DNA of 64,000 nucleotides from assembly GCA_000934665.2 (NCBI GenBank), contig KZ538247.1, forward strand, positions 1 to 64,000, written 5' to 3'. The stretch is from Catajapyx aquilonaris. Taxonomy: Eukaryota. The notes below the pieces were generated by a model. That model was not told the DNA's origin. It did no database searches and was given only the letters and a program-made list of their open reading frames with translations. Of this stretch, positions 38,801 to 53,300 are shown one piece after another. Position 1 is the stretch's first letter. Each line of letters starts with the position of its first letter. Position numbers and translations under genes: made by a program.

Positions 38801-41800
38801 TCTGCTTCACACCAACTCTAATCCCGTCCAGACCTGCTCGTCGCCCCTGGCCACCTAACTTGTCATAAGGGGAGAGGGACCACCGAGGTAATTTTGTTTG
38901 CCGACTGGACTGTAACCAAATTGATAGTCCCCTCAAGTAACGAACGTGCGTATCCTGACATTTATTTATATTTAAAAAATTAAAGTTTTTTTGCCATCTG
39001 CTTTTCAAGTAAATCACAGTGGCCGCTTATGTCGCTTCCACTCTTGGGCGATAATGGCTTGGCCCAGAGGCATACCGCTTTTTCTCACTGTCGCCCTCCA
39101 GGGAATGTCCATTGGAATGAACATTATGCAGTTGGCCAGCGGGCATGAAAAGGTGAGTGGGAAGCATCGGCATCACCAGTTGCCAGCCTAATTGCATTTT
39201 GCGGAACCCGGATGGTGGTGAGGGGGAATGAGGCAAATCAGACTTCAGAGAGAGAAGCTGAAGTATGTGTGCGTGGCTGTGCCATGATATTCAAACGGAC
39301 CCTATGTAATAATTCGGTTTCCTAGAAGCCATCCAAGCAACCTTTTCTTTACGGTCTCCCGGACGACGCAATTAGTCAGCCCCCGGATTGTTGTCATAAC
39401 GACGCTTCTGCCCAAGTTCAGGGCGGATACGCCCTAAAAAATAGCCGGTGTACTGTATGCTGCAAAATACATCGGATGGCTCCCAGGATGATTCACAGGA
39501 AAATAATGGCGGCTCCCTTCCGAAGTGTTCGTGGACAGGAATCAAAATCGGGGATGATTTTCCTTTCCCTTCCAGCCAGATCCCCACCATGTCCCCCCTC
39601 AGCAGATTCTCTGATAACAGATCCTTTAGCAAACACTCCTCGACAGACATTCGGAAAACCTGCCACCACAACTCATGCGCTGCTCTATAACACCGGTACA
39701 GGATCAAATCTCTACGGACTTCCCTCTTGCCACTGTGTGTTTGTGTTACAACCTCTTCATACACACCGGTTCACACACACAGGTACACATGCCAAGTACT
39801 GTAGCTAATGGTGTAGATTGTCCTCTCTTACTCTAGGTCGGGTTTTTGTTTGACACCCATGCACTGTATCAGCGAATTAAAGCGCGACAGACCCCGAGAA
39901 AATCCGCACGAACATACCGAAAAACTGTCAATAAATTCCTCTGAAAAGTGCAAGGACCTATCCAAAAAGGGGGATGAGGAGCTCAGCAATAAATAAACGG
40001 ATCAAGAGGATATAAAGAGAGATTGCCTCTCTGTACGGTACAAGGTGCATGCTGAGCCTTTTCTGGCAGTAATGACACACAAGGAAGGAGGGGGCATCCC
40101 CTGGAGATGCCTCCGACTAACTTGGAAGACATTGCGGGGGAGAATAAAATTGTAAGTGCATGTCCCTTTGGCCCTTGTCCATGTGTCGAATCCAGTTGGG
40201 CCATTCCGGGCTCCTTATTGGATTTCCTGCATCCCACTGGGATTTCTCCCTCCTTTCCTTTTTGCCCTGTCTCCTTTCCTATCCTATTCGCTTTATTCCT
40301 TGAAAGAATGCGGGAGTAATAATGTTACGTCCGACACTATCGGATGGGAGTACACACGCCTTCGATTATATCGTGATTGCATTAACACCGGTAGTGGCTT
40401 TAAGTTAGGGGGCACATATTCATCAATTTTTGCTGGGAATGAGCTCATTTTGTGAATACCAGAGTGGTAGGGAGGTAATTAGAAGTGACTAACTTGGAAT
40501 ATATGCATGATTGCATGATTACTTTTATAACCAGAAGCAGAGTTATGGCCCTTCATTTGAATATTCGGTTTGCTCACTTGTATAATATGTAGAGTGTGTT
40601 GTACGCGCGGGCGAGTGGGTGTTGTGCGGGCAAATTGGAAATAACGTTGCACTCCATATGGGTGCCTCGGGGAGGACTAAAAAAAAATGCGGGTTATCGA
40701 AGGTATTTCGCGGTCTGGAATTGCACTGCACATTTGCATGACTTTCCACTAAAAGTACTGGAAAGTATAGAAAAAAAGAGGTGCTCAATATCCATCAGAC
40801 GAACATCAAAAACGCTTCCCACACGCGTAGGCCTATACGACAGCTTTAGTGAATTCAAGTGACGGTAATAGTAAAATGTGGGTGGAAAAAAGAGGTTGTA
40901 CTCATTGATGTGTGGAGCGGAATCTATAGGTTCAAGAAGTGCAGCCAGATGCGAATTAATTGAGACTGTAACTTTGCATTTAAAATTCGGTTGTGCATTC
41001 CACTTGATTACGTTCCATCATGGTGTGATGCAACCCAACATACACCGACAATACGGTTTTTGCAGACATATTACAGTGAAAATGGATTTCCATCATCCGT
41101 ATATGGTACACACAGCCAGTCTGTATGGATAACACCTTCCGATTGTTCCAAGAGGAAACCTTTTGTCATTGGCGGCAGCAGTAAGACAGTAATCATTAAA
41201 ACACACGCCGAGTCGGCATTCACCTGGCTTTGAAAAGCAAAGTATTATGCAGAACAATCGCCTTTTCGGGGAGGTGCTGAGCTGCATGCCACCGTGAATC
41301 TCTGAATAGGGAATTGCCAGTCTGCCGATAGAAACGACGCCAGGCTCCGGTCAAAAGAACAACCAAGCGTATCGATGGATTCATAAACAAGTTGGCTCTA
41401 ATTTTCCGAGCTCAACTCCACTGTAAATACCGGTGTAAAAACATCAATTAACAGCGTGTTGGTGTTTCATCGGTCACGTTTTAATTAGGCGCCTTTCCCT
41501 GCACTCTGTTATTTTTTTTAATCCAACAGGGAAGGGGGGGGGGGGGGGTGAAGGTTGTGCTGGGCTTTTGTTGCCAGCCCAATTTATTATTACAATAGTT
41601 GGCATCCACGCCCTGTGCCGGCGCAGTTGCCACGGAGATGCCCCTTTTGTGCCGGTACTCCCCTGCAAAAAGCTGGAACTAACTTNCCCCCCCCACCCCC
41701 GCCTCTCCTCCTACCCCCAGCGCCTCTAATCCTAATGAGCTCCCATTTATCCTGAGCCAAAGTCTCTTCCGACAAGTCCTTATTTACCAACAGTGGCGCC

Positions 41801-42110
41801 AGGCGCACTTCTCTCGCTACAACTATACCATTTTTCTTGCTCATGTCAAATCAAGTGCGTTTCACACTATCTTACATTAGGTGGGGGGCCCAACTCGTTA
41901 CATCCTAATTTGTAGGTCTTTTCGAGGAACAACGGGCCGCATCCTGTCCTTCGGGACTCTTTGCTTCTTGTGAGAAAAGAGTGGGGATTGCTAAGTCCAT
42001 GCCCATTGGGCCAGGATTTTTAAGGGACACCACGCTATAGGTTCATTTTCTGGCCGCTAGAATGCGCTGCATTGTAGTATCCAAAGTTGCGCAAAATTTG
42101 TGTTAGCCAG

Positions 42111-42352
42111 TAAATAATTTTTATTTATTTGTATCATATTATTATAGTTTAATTTTTATTTTTTATTAGTATTTATTAGTATTTATTTGTATTTATTTGT
42201 ATTTATTTGTGTTATAGCATTATTTTATTTATTCATTGATTTTTATTTGTATTATATCATATTATTATAGTATTATTTCATATTATTTATTATATTATAT
42301 TACTTATTAATTAATGTATGTATCAATGTATGTATGTATTTAATTAGTTACT
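42111..42352. repeat. Very AT-rich low-complexity tract (atttatttgt, tattat and tatg units)
   Basis: Seen directly. Confidence 0.9.
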
Positions 42353-45300
42353 TACGTCACCTATTGAATAATTTTTTTGCAGCAATTACCTTAAATATTT
42401 ATGGCCAATTGCACATGGTTCTGCGCAAGACACGTCAATATTATCCGATTCCTTATCCGCTAGCTTATTTTAATGTATCGGGTTTTGTCTGCCGGATGTA
42501 GGAACCGGGCTCATGAGAAATCGATGCAATAACACGGTGGTATGCCTGCTGAACAAGGATCACGTTGCAAATTGAATAAAAGAACACCTCAGAGCAGGGA
42601 ATTACTGGTAGAGAGGAAAAAGAGGTCAAGAGTGTTGTCTCAGCGAGGACCGACTTTTCTTATACCAAAACCTCCTTTCCCTCCGACCATTAATTTTGTA
42701 ATCAGTACTCAGGAGTGCTCCGCTAACTTTTGTGACTTCGTTTCCTACTCCGTAAATAAATTATTCACCGACAAGCGTGCTACACTGAAAACGTCGTGAG
42801 TGATTAGCTCAATTGCAGATCTACTATACGTATATACTGTAGTACATGGGATTGGGGTAGTCATAAATTACGCTGCGAGGTTTCAATTAATCTGTGAAGC
42901 GTTTTATTCAGACGAATCCGGGTAAGGCACTCGAAAATAATTTGAGTGGTTACATTTGACCTAAATTTGACTTTGCTTATTTTTTAAAAAATCATATTTC
43001 CACATATGAATTATCTAATGGAACATATGCAAAAAAAATATTTAACAGTCAAAAATCGGCACAAATTACATTGTTGAGCTATTGTATTTTCCAATAGTTG
43101 CTCACACTCGATCCAAATATTTTAGAACTTTTGGAAAAAAAAAAAACCTGCAAAAGAGCTTCAACTGAGCCCACTCAGCAATCGGAGATGTCACCAAAGA
43201 CCGGTCTGATGAGCAACTCAATGTTTGTCGACCTCCCCCAGCAGTCTGGAAGAACAGAACGAACAAAGTCCATGGAGGCACCAGCATAGACAATCGAGTC
43301 GAATAAAGACGCGCGAAAAGTCCACGAGACAAATGAAATTGTGGCTTTTTCTAGCCCCATGGAAAGGGGCCAACAAACTTGTCGATTTGTGGCCAAAGCG
43401 AAAGAGAAGAAACTGCGTGGGGGGGGGGGGGGNATACGCCTAGTGTGTTTTTGCGAGTTTGAAAAGGCGTAACAAATGGGGCGGAGAGAAACAAGCAAGG
43501 TGAACGTGGATGGCAGGGGGTGCTCCCATACTTTATGAGAGCAGAGGGTGGGGTGGGGTGGGGGGGAGATGAACGATATCCGGTCAGAAGATGGAGCCAG
43601 CACCCGGAAAACTGTTCCGCCAGTAAAAGCTGCTCCCCCACAAAAATGTTCGGTCAGTTTCTCCCCTTCCACCTCCCAAGGACCACAACTCACATTTTTT
43701 TTGGGTGGGATGTGGGTGGTAGGAGGTGTTTCTACTCGAACGACTCGGTCGACATGAAGCCCCTTCAAATGTACTCCAGCAGTCATCCGTCAGCTTGCTT
43801 TTCCTTCTCTCTTTCTTTGCTCTGCACGGGACATTGCACGCCCTGAAAAGGGATGTAGAGAGCACACCAGCTGCATTCAAATGCCTGCATGAACCGCGAT
43901 TGCTGAATTTGTCAGGCAAGTTTGACGATTTTGTCGAATCCCACGTAAACCCGACCAGTAAATCGACAAAAAAATGTACGACTTTTGGCTGCCGGACAGT
44001 TGGCTGCCGGTCATATGGCTGCGGTTTCGACCTGGAAAAACAAAGTCAGTGGTTTAGGTTGAAGAAGTTGAGAATGCCAGTAATTGACAACGACGTTGAA
44101 CTTGGCCGTATTTCAGATCTCACCACTTTTGACGGTCAAGCAGTCAGCTTTTTTTACAGAAAGGTTTTTGGTGGGATTTAATTGACAAGAAGTATGTTGA
44201 TATTACAGCCGTTTGTTGGTCCTAAAGCAGGTTTCTGACACCTCAAGCAACCGCTGTTTTGTGAACGGATGCAGCAGACCCTCTCTAATGCAGTTAGATG
44301 AGATGAAAAGTGTGCAAACGAGCAGAAACACGCTTCTTCTGGCCAGGGAAGCCTGCTGCGTATATATACTAAGAGGGGAAAAAAAGGAAATAGGGAGCTA
44401 GAGAGGGGTAGGCGAAAGCGACACTAATCGCCTCCTTTGTGAATGAAAGAGCAGAAAGAGCAGCGTGCGAGAAAGAATGTGAGCCAAAAGAGAGCCTTTC
44501 CAGACGGAATAAATCAGCCCTAGGCAATTAGCTGGGGGCTCCTGCTACGTGCTAATGACGCCTTTACAAGGCGCCTAAATGGCCTTTGGGTCAACACTAC
44601 TCCCAACTAGTAGCACATCCCTAACGCGGAGGCCATTTCGGGTGGGAGGGAAAGAGCTGCACATTTGCCAATTTTGCAGTCACCGCGTGGCAAAAAGGGG
44701 GTCAAAATCATCCCCCCCCCCCCAAAAAAAATGAGAGAGGAGGTGAGGGCAACGGTTGCTGCTGTATACGGTTTTTAGTAGGAGAGTGATTGATGAGAAA
44801 AAGAGAGCTGACAGTTATTTTAATATTGTTTCGATCCGGATCGGAAAACGCGGGGCAGAAATAGAAATCGGGTAAGATTAATGCAGGGTGTCATGGGGTC
44901 GATCTTTCTGACATTACGTGGGGCGATACTGCATATTTTGGTACCCATGTGCCATTACCCAAATTGTATTTAAACAATGAAATGAAATGCGATTAATCTT
45001 GACCAAGTATAAGTGGGCAAGGGTTGAGGGAGATCAACTAGTGGTCGGCCCTATAAGTAAGGCTAATGCTAGTTGGTCATCCCCTCTTCATCTCCCCTCT
45101 ACCACTGTTCCTTGTCCAGCAGAGGCGGCAGTGGGCCACCGGATAATTATGTTTCCTCTACTCCTCCTCCTCTTGTCCCCCCATCCGGATGCGCTCATGA
45201 ATTATACTCTCGGCGACTGCCAAAACGCGGCTTAATCCGCTACAAATGCCCACCCTCCCCTTCCGGACATACATATATATCCAGCAGCATCCCATCCGCA

Positions 45301-47609
45301 CTTGGCTCACTTACAAATGCAACATGATCCGGAGGGCTACTCCTCTTGGCTCCTGCCACTGACCCAAGAGCTGCACTCCACACTTGGCCCTCCAGGTCCC
45401 AGTAGCCTTTTACATAACTACTGAGTTACATTGGTTTTACTTACTCGGTGCCAACCACAGGGACAAATATTTCGAGTAACCCTTTTTTTTGAAAAAAATA
45501 ATTATTTAAGCTACATTTAAGTTCTGCACATTTTAGTGCATATAGAAACGAAAAAGTTGGTGGGGGACACAGGTTGCTTTTGTACGCACATGCACAGTGG
45601 TCTGAACTGTTGACCTGCATTGCGACATGCCCAGCGCGCCACACTCGAGTGTTTGAACAACACCACAAGCTGCGCCGGTGTTTTCCAACGTAAATATAAA
45701 ATTACGACCCCACCAAATTTGGAGCAAAAGTGCATTCTGCAGTAGTGCAATAACGGTGCATGTACCGCGCACGTGAATTACATGCGGTCTGCCCCGCCTT
45801 GTTTATGCAAATATGGCAACAACGGCTTGCTTGGAAGGGCTGCAATTATTGCGCTGTAACAATGACACAGAAAAAAAACAGGGACTGCATAATGTAAGTG
45901 TACTGTAGGTAGAAAAAAAATAAGTAGCATTAGCGAGATGGGCAGGGACGTATTGTGCACCGTGCTCTAAGCGTGGGGGGTTTATGATGGAATTACGAGT
46001 TTCCAGGATAAATCTCCCTCTACCCCCTTGAAACAGCGTAAAAAATTCATTGCATGTTGGGCAAACGCAACAAATCGGGTAATGAAAGCGAGTGGGATGA
46101 TGGAGGTGCAGGGAAGGTCCAATTGCATTCGGATTCATATTTATTCCTTGGTGTGGTGGGCCACCTGAATTGGGCATGGTACAGTTTGGCCGAATTCAGT
46201 TTGGCCCATATGCATGAAGCCAATGCTAAATGCCCGATACGTATCGACAACAACGCTACAAAATAGTGAGTTGCATCATGCAAGGATGAAAAGTGACCCA
46301 AGGTCCAAATTATGGTGGGTACTTATGACTTTTAAAAAATATTAGAATTCGGCCAGTGGTGATTCGGCGTGCAGCTTTTTGGAGGGCAGAAACCTGGCTC
46401 ATCTCCATCCATCCAGCCAACCGTGCCAGTATATAGGCCTTTTGGAATGGGGCTATCGGGCCCTAATAGGCCCGGATGATGGCGGCCCACTGCATTAGAG
46501 CGAGCCGCTCCTCTTTGTCACGGCCGCTGCACGACGCCATTACAGGCTGGGGGCCACGGTATGAAAGTCTTCCCCCAAACTCCTCAGACTGCGCACCCAA
46601 ACTTGTCTCATCTACACCACCTAAGCCATGCTTTACCCGGAGGTTAAATCCTAGCTTGATCCATTTTCAGGTCAGGTTGTGTACTATTTTGTTCGGCAAA
46701 ATGAGACCACAGTGGCGTAAATTCCGTCGCGTTTTAAACGCCACGTACTTAAAGTTAGTGGCTTATTTACTATCTCTGGGAAACATTTAATCGTGCATCC
46801 CAGGTGGAAGTGAGTGTGTGTGTGTGTGTGTGGACCCTCCATTTTCCCCTTCTCCCAACACCCCGCTGTTAATGCAGTGTTTATGGAGCCATTCTGCCCC
46901 GCGGCTTTTCCCCGGATTTCCGGAATGCTGCCAGCCTAATCGCGTTCCGGGGAAAGTTAACCCCCCCCCCCTCCCTCCCTCACCCCTCCCTGTGCATTGA
47001 CCACCTCCGAAGCTCTCCCCATCCTCTGAACCTAATTTCCTTAGCGGATTGAAAGACAGCATTTGAAATAGCAGCAGATTGGTCACCCCCAGGGAGCTCT
47101 GGATTCCCCCTACCTCAATACCCAGATTTGGGTTCTTTTCTCCGGGACATCCACTTCTTGTAGCTGCCACTCTTTCTATATACGCACCAACCCTATACAC
47201 GCAGCTCTCCCTAGCCAGCCATTTGCACACGTTAATAAAACATGGTCCGGATTATTCATGATCGGAATCTTTCTAAATGAAAGCAGTGCTGAGTTAATTA
47301 GGGTGATAGGAGTGTAAGATTTTGTCCTACATTATTTAAGGTGGGAGAAAGACTATAATCGGCCATCAAGATTTGAATTATTGGGATAAATTCTTCATCG
47401 AAGGCGCGCAGTGACATGTGTGGATGAATTATTGATGATGACATAGTGGCAATCGTTAGCTAACAATGAAATCGCGTTTTTCCAAGCTTACGGGGTTGTC
47501 GGCGTTAAATATTCAGATAACAATCGTGAGATGGGTGGGAAGCTACTTGCTACAAACACCTTTCCTCAACCTAAATTGTTATTTACGTTTTTTAGTCAGT
47601 TTGTTGTAA

Positions 47610-47760
47610 TGTACTGTGGGGTTCAAATTATTTTGACCACTTTATCCTGGTCTTGAAGCAACCCTTCGCACGGGCCCCACAGTGAGGAGGCGTTTGTGTG
47701 TGAAGGGTAGCTTCAAGATCAGGATGAAGTGGCCAAAACAATTTGAGCCCCAATAGTACA
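47610..47760. mobile_element. Small MITE-like inverted repeat (~60-bp arms)
   Basis: ggggttcaaattattttgaccactttatcctggtcttgaagcaacccttcgcac pairs with gtgtgaagggtagcttcaagatcaggatgaagtggccaaaacaatttgagcccc. A partial copy lies at 6847-6929. Confidence 0.8.
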
Positions 47761-48394
47761 AGTACAGTAAAAATGATATAATATTAAATAATCCATCTAC
47801 ATGGCTTTAATGGCACCATGCACACTGCACCTGACGATGCAACATGCAAGCTCATAACTCTTTTGTAAGCTTATTATGAACAAAGGCCGCAGGTTTTTGA
47901 ACTGTGAACCATTGCTGTGCTTGCTGAGCTTCAGTGTCGTAATGAGAGTACTGGAATTTTCACAAGTTTCCTGCTTCACTCATTCGGTCTGGTGGTGTCA
48001 CATGTCACTCTTGTCATGTAAAACTCGCTTGCCAACGTATACTGTATTACACAGAATCGTGCCCGTGTAATAATATGTGTTACAGTTACTGTATAGGGTG
48101 GCCGCATTGTAAACTTATCCTGTAAGTTAGATCTCCAGGTGAGCAGAAAAGGCTTATGGGTAGCTCTGAAATGTCAGGAAAAATACTGAACATACGGTAC
48201 ATTTTTATTGACATGCTTGTCATAATAAGTGACAACCTTAGAGCATTGTGATGCTGACAACAGACGGAGCACGTGGATTTTGTTATACCTTCAGGGTCTA
48301 GGGCGCAGTAAAGGTAGATAATGAAGCGATCCCTAGTCCATTCGGCAGCTGTGTCAACATAATAATTTTGAAGCAGAGCGAGGGGGGGGGGGGT

Positions 48395-48583
48395 NNNNNN
48401 NNNNNNNNNNNNNNNNNNNNNNNNNNNNNNNNNNNNNNNNNNNNNNNNNNNNNNNNNNNNNNNNNNNNNNNNNNNNNNNNNNNNNNNNNNNNNNNNNNNN
48501 NNNNNNNNNNNNNNNNNNNNNNNNNNNNNNNNNNNNNNNNNNNNNNNNNNNNNNNNNNNNNNNNNNNNNNNNNNNNNNNNNNN
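48395..48583. other. Assembly gap (N run) flanked by poly-G
   Basis: Run of N. A smaller gap lies at 25644-25662 and single Ns sit next to many poly-G/C tracts. Confidence 0.99.
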
Positions 48584-48928
48584 GGGGGGGGGGGACAGGT
48601 ATGGCCGGAGTATTTCCCAACAATGCGTTTTGTTTCGAAATATGATTGCCATTGAGCAGGGTTGATTTTCCTCCGAGGAATTGTGGGCGAAATGACCTGC
48701 GGGTTGAGCAGTGTGGGCGGGTTCAATAGATGGGGCTGATGCGGGCCACAGGAAAAAGGGGGGGAGGGTGGGTGGTTTTGGTAGCCATGGAGACGCTTCT
48801 GGATGGCTCCGTGTGTGCGAGTTATACCAGGGTGTGCGAGAGAGATTCAAAGGGGCTGTCCCCACCCATCCGTGCACCCACACTTGTACTACCTTCTCTA
48901 AACGCAAGGTGAAAAGATTTCTTCTCAG

Positions 48929-49276
48929 AATCGCATATTTGCATATCGATATGTCTCACATTGTAATGTCGATATGTCTCATCTTATGATATCGATATGC
49001 CACGTAAGCTCATCTATATAGCCCGTATTCTCATATCGATGTAGTCCATATTCTTATGTCAATATGTCATATTCTCATATCGATATATCCCACATTATCA
49101 TATCGATATGATTGTCATATCGATGTAGCCCATATTCGCATATCGATATGTCTCATATTCTAATGTCGATATGTCTCATGTTCTAATATCGATATGCCAC
49201 AATCTCATCGATATAGCCCATATTCGCATATTGATGTCACATTCTCATATCGACGATACCGTATATTGCATATCGC
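48929..49276. repeat. Degenerate ~22-bp tandem repeat built on the palindrome CATATCGATATG
   Basis: Recurrent catatcgatatgtctcatattct-like units. Confidence 0.9.
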
Positions 49277-50275
49277 GAGTATCCTACAGGTTATTTGAAG
49301 CAGCTTGAAGCATGGATGTAAGTCCGGCTGATATGAACAAACTTCTTTCCTTGCAGAAGAAAAACATCGAAATGTAAATGTCTCCCTCTCGAGCCGACTA
49401 ATCTCTTACAGTCTTCTTCTTCTTCTTTTTTTTTCTTAACAGTCAATAAAAAAATTTACGATCATAATGGCGCCATCACTTTCCGCACTTTGAGAAAGCT
49501 CATAAAGACTGCAAAGTTTGGTTACGAGGCGGCGCCTGCAATTATCAGGCTCCGCCAACACTTATTCTCGAATACGTCTTGTCGGGGAGGAAGCCCATTT
49601 GCGGCCGGTATAGGGCGCCAGCATTAAAAAGAATATTATTTCGAATTCTGCTGCCTTTTTTGTGCGAATTATTGCGACGCTTGCTTGCTGTAGTGCGATG
49701 TATAAGTGTATCAGCATCTTGATTGCCAGATTTAATTTGGACTGATAATACCATACCGCTTATCTCAACTCTAACTTTGCTACTTCGCCCTTTGAAATGA
49801 GAGAAAACTTTACATCTGAAAAAATCAGTTCATGAATAAATCATATTGCTATAGTTCAAGAAAACTAAAGGGCCTCTTGATCCCAAGCCGGGAATTGTAT
49901 CTCTTCGGCTTTGTCTATAGGGTAGAATATCTCGTTATCCGTGGCCATTTGTACCATCCTAGGTCCCTTTCAACACACCCCCTGCCCTTTGGTGTCATTC
50001 GACAAACTTGTTCTGGCGATGTACAACAGTCAGCACTCCAGCAAGGTGAATGTTCGAAGAAAAACACATTTACCATACTAAAAAGCTCAACTGTGCTTCT
50101 GTCAGAGACTTTTTGACATATGCTGTATTTATTTGGTGTTATGACTTACGTTAGAGGCAATAATTCATATCTCTTTTTATCATCTTGGTTTGGGCTTACA
50201 AACAAAATAGCGAACAAATTTTTTCAAGAAAAAATTGTGACCATTTCTTCCAAAAACGTGCCAGTATGAGAGGGG

Positions 50276-50276
50276 A

Positions 50277-50323
<47 letters not shown>
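50276..50323. repeat. (AAAT)n microsatellite
   Basis: About 12 perfect units. Confidence 0.95.
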
Positions 50324-53300
50324 CGCAAACATTTTCTATCTCATTTTGGAATTACATATTATCATCTCGACATGAATGCGACTATTGCATTGCTTTAATG
50401 CGGAGATAAGGCCAGGAATATTCGCATAATGTGTCCGCCTCCAGGTCGAAACCTAGATGACAGTCCATCATTAGTGTAATGCCAAGTTTCTCAACGGCAT
50501 TAAAATTGCACTCCATTGAAGGACCGACCTTTTTCTTTTTTTTCCCCCCCAATATCACGCTACTCTTGCTTCATAACTTATTGCGAGCAGGAAACTCCTG
50601 AAATATTAACCCAACTGTAGTGCAGACAACGAGCGGTTTGAGGCACCGACCTTCAGACGTTGACAATAATCTCCATTTAAAATATCGGTTAGATCCCTCC
50701 CCATCAATACGGTCCACTCATCCGAAAATCCTCAACCTTGTCCCCATAGCCAATCCAACAATAGGGACCTTCACTATATATGCAATTAATCGAATTTTTT
50801 TTCTTCACCCTCCCTTTGTAGCACCCTCAGTGTCACTTCCATCGCCTTCTTTCATCTCCCTTTTTTTCCCCCTCTAAGGCAATTTCCAAAAAAATTGTGC
50901 CCATTCATCCATGCAGACGGATATCCACTCCAGAGTGCACGTGTCTTGGCACGCACGCAGCGTGTCCTCCGGGGTATTAAGCAAGGGTTTAGGAGGCTGG
51001 AGCAATCCGCATCATCCACGTGCTGGTGAACATGAAACTCCTAGGGTCCACTGGGCCATGCAAATCAGGCTACGCGACTCCTTTGGCTCCTAGGGAACGC
51101 ACTGTGCGTGAAATCCGGACTGTTGTGTGATACGCCCTTTATCAATTATGTCGGAACAGTGGACTGGGAGACTCATTTTTATGTCTGGTTGAAAAAATGC
51201 AGGTCACATCAGGTGTAGTCCCGCAGTTAATATTAATAGCTGCGGTGAAATGCATGTCACTATTAGTTTCTCCTAAGAACTAACATTGCATTGTACTGTC
51301 ACATTACATGCACATGGGTCAAATTGTACAGTGTGTCAACCCTCCCACACACTGATCCGAACAAATGTCCCCTCTGCATTGTACCGCATTGTGGGTGGTT
51401 CATTATTCACCCCCCCAAAAAAGTATGGGGCCGAATTAGGGTTTTTCCCACGGAATTTTACATTTCCCTTTCAGCTCTATTTTAGAGGCGCATTAATAGT
51501 AGATTTGCATCATTTGTAAAGGGGGATGTGGGTGTGCGGTGTGACCTGTAAGCCACCTTTACCCCAACCGTACGTACGTCACACTGCCAGATAATTTAAG
51601 TACAGGTCTTACGCTAGTGAATATTTAATAACCGGTGGGCTCTTTGGAGCCAAACTTACCTCCATTTGCAATTTTGGTCTCACACTGAATATTTGATATT
51701 AAAGTCGTATTTTTAACATATGGTGCCATTTTCACACCCAGCTAGTGGCATCGACATTTTTGATCCGATATCTGACATTACATATACAGTCGTCAGATAT
51801 CATATAGATAGGCACCAGGAAGTAAAGGTATGCGAATTGAATGCAAGTAACGAGAGGGATGCGTCCGACCGGGCAAATTAGAGCCCAATTGTCCGGCACA
51901 ATGGAAGACTCATGTAATTGAGGAATTGATTAGTACTGAAGGGTTAGAAGGAAAGGGGTGGAAGAGAAGAGGGGGGTAGAGAGGGAAGTAGCATCCAACG
52001 GAGCGTAATGACGACTGCCATCATCTCATAATGCGCTGCGCTAATCCCATTTCCTATTAGCTAGCCTGATAAATGGAAGGCTGCAGCAGCACCAACCCAA
52101 AAGCTGCAACATTTGGGGGGAGGACTGGGTGGCATATCCAGAAGGGAAGGGATAGGGTTATTCCCACACTTTAGTCCTTACTGTCCCCAGGAATATAGCC
52201 TATACACCCCCCCCCCCTCTCTCCTTCCCTCTCCCTCTCTGGGGGAGAATATGCTCATACTATCAGCTGCCATGTGTCAATTTACATAATTAATTAGGAG
52301 GAGAGGGCGGCGACAGGATATGAATGGAGAGGCGACGTGGGAAGACACCTCTGCCTGCCTGCCAAGGGATCGAATTACGTAGCTGCCAGCTCATTTTATG
52401 CGCTTCCCAACCCATCTACACCCGATCGGTACATGGCATTGGGAGCCATTTTCACCATTTGCATATGGAGCCTTCTGTAAAGAGTTTTGCTAAGGGTCTG
52501 GTAGCCACTGGCTACTCCGAATGACCTCTGTTCCCTCTGGCGTCTTTTTCACCCCCTGGTGGCCTCCCCTGCTCCTTGCCTGATGGATGGCCGCCTTCCC
52601 CTGGACCATGGCGCCTAATTTTTCAAGCTCCTTCCTACTCCACATATTTCTTTTACCTCCCTTGTGACGTCACTCTGGGAAGCCCCAGCTCACACCCTAA
52701 GATCAATGATTCCGCACTTTCATTAGCCGAACACATGAACTGGACTTAGCCATTTTAAGAATTGAGCCGGTCATTATGGGTACGAATCCTTCAGAAAAAA
52801 GGGCAATTTAGATTTAGTGAGTCTTTTAACGGTTCAGGTCACATTGCCCAATAGAAGGTGGACATCAGCTGAATCTGTTCCATATGTTGTAAATAGCAAT
52901 TTAGTGTTGTAAGCAACATAAGATAGCCCGGTTTTGATAGATAACATAGCGGTTTGAAAGAACGGTTATTTTTGACGTAATGGCGGACGGCCGTGGGTTT
53001 TTCTGTCAGAAGTAAGGAAAATGAAATAATTTATCCGTTTCTTGGTGCGTTTTGCGGTGAGGCGTAGTAAGGGGGAAGTGACGGTGTCATTCGTCTGGAT
53101 TTGCCAGCGGCAAAAGGGAGCCGCAATTTCCCCTCAGCTCAGCGCGCATCCATATTTGATGCGGCGCCGATCTATCGGACTTCATCCTCCACCATCTCCC
53201 TCCCTCTCTCCCTCTCTCTCTCTCCCAATCCTCATATCCCGGATGAGGAGAAGAGAATCTCCGGACAAACCGTACCCGGAACTCTGCCAAGGAAGCTGCC

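Noticed and set aside
48086..48907. 273-aa minus-strand ORF
   Set aside because: Artefact of translating through the N gap.
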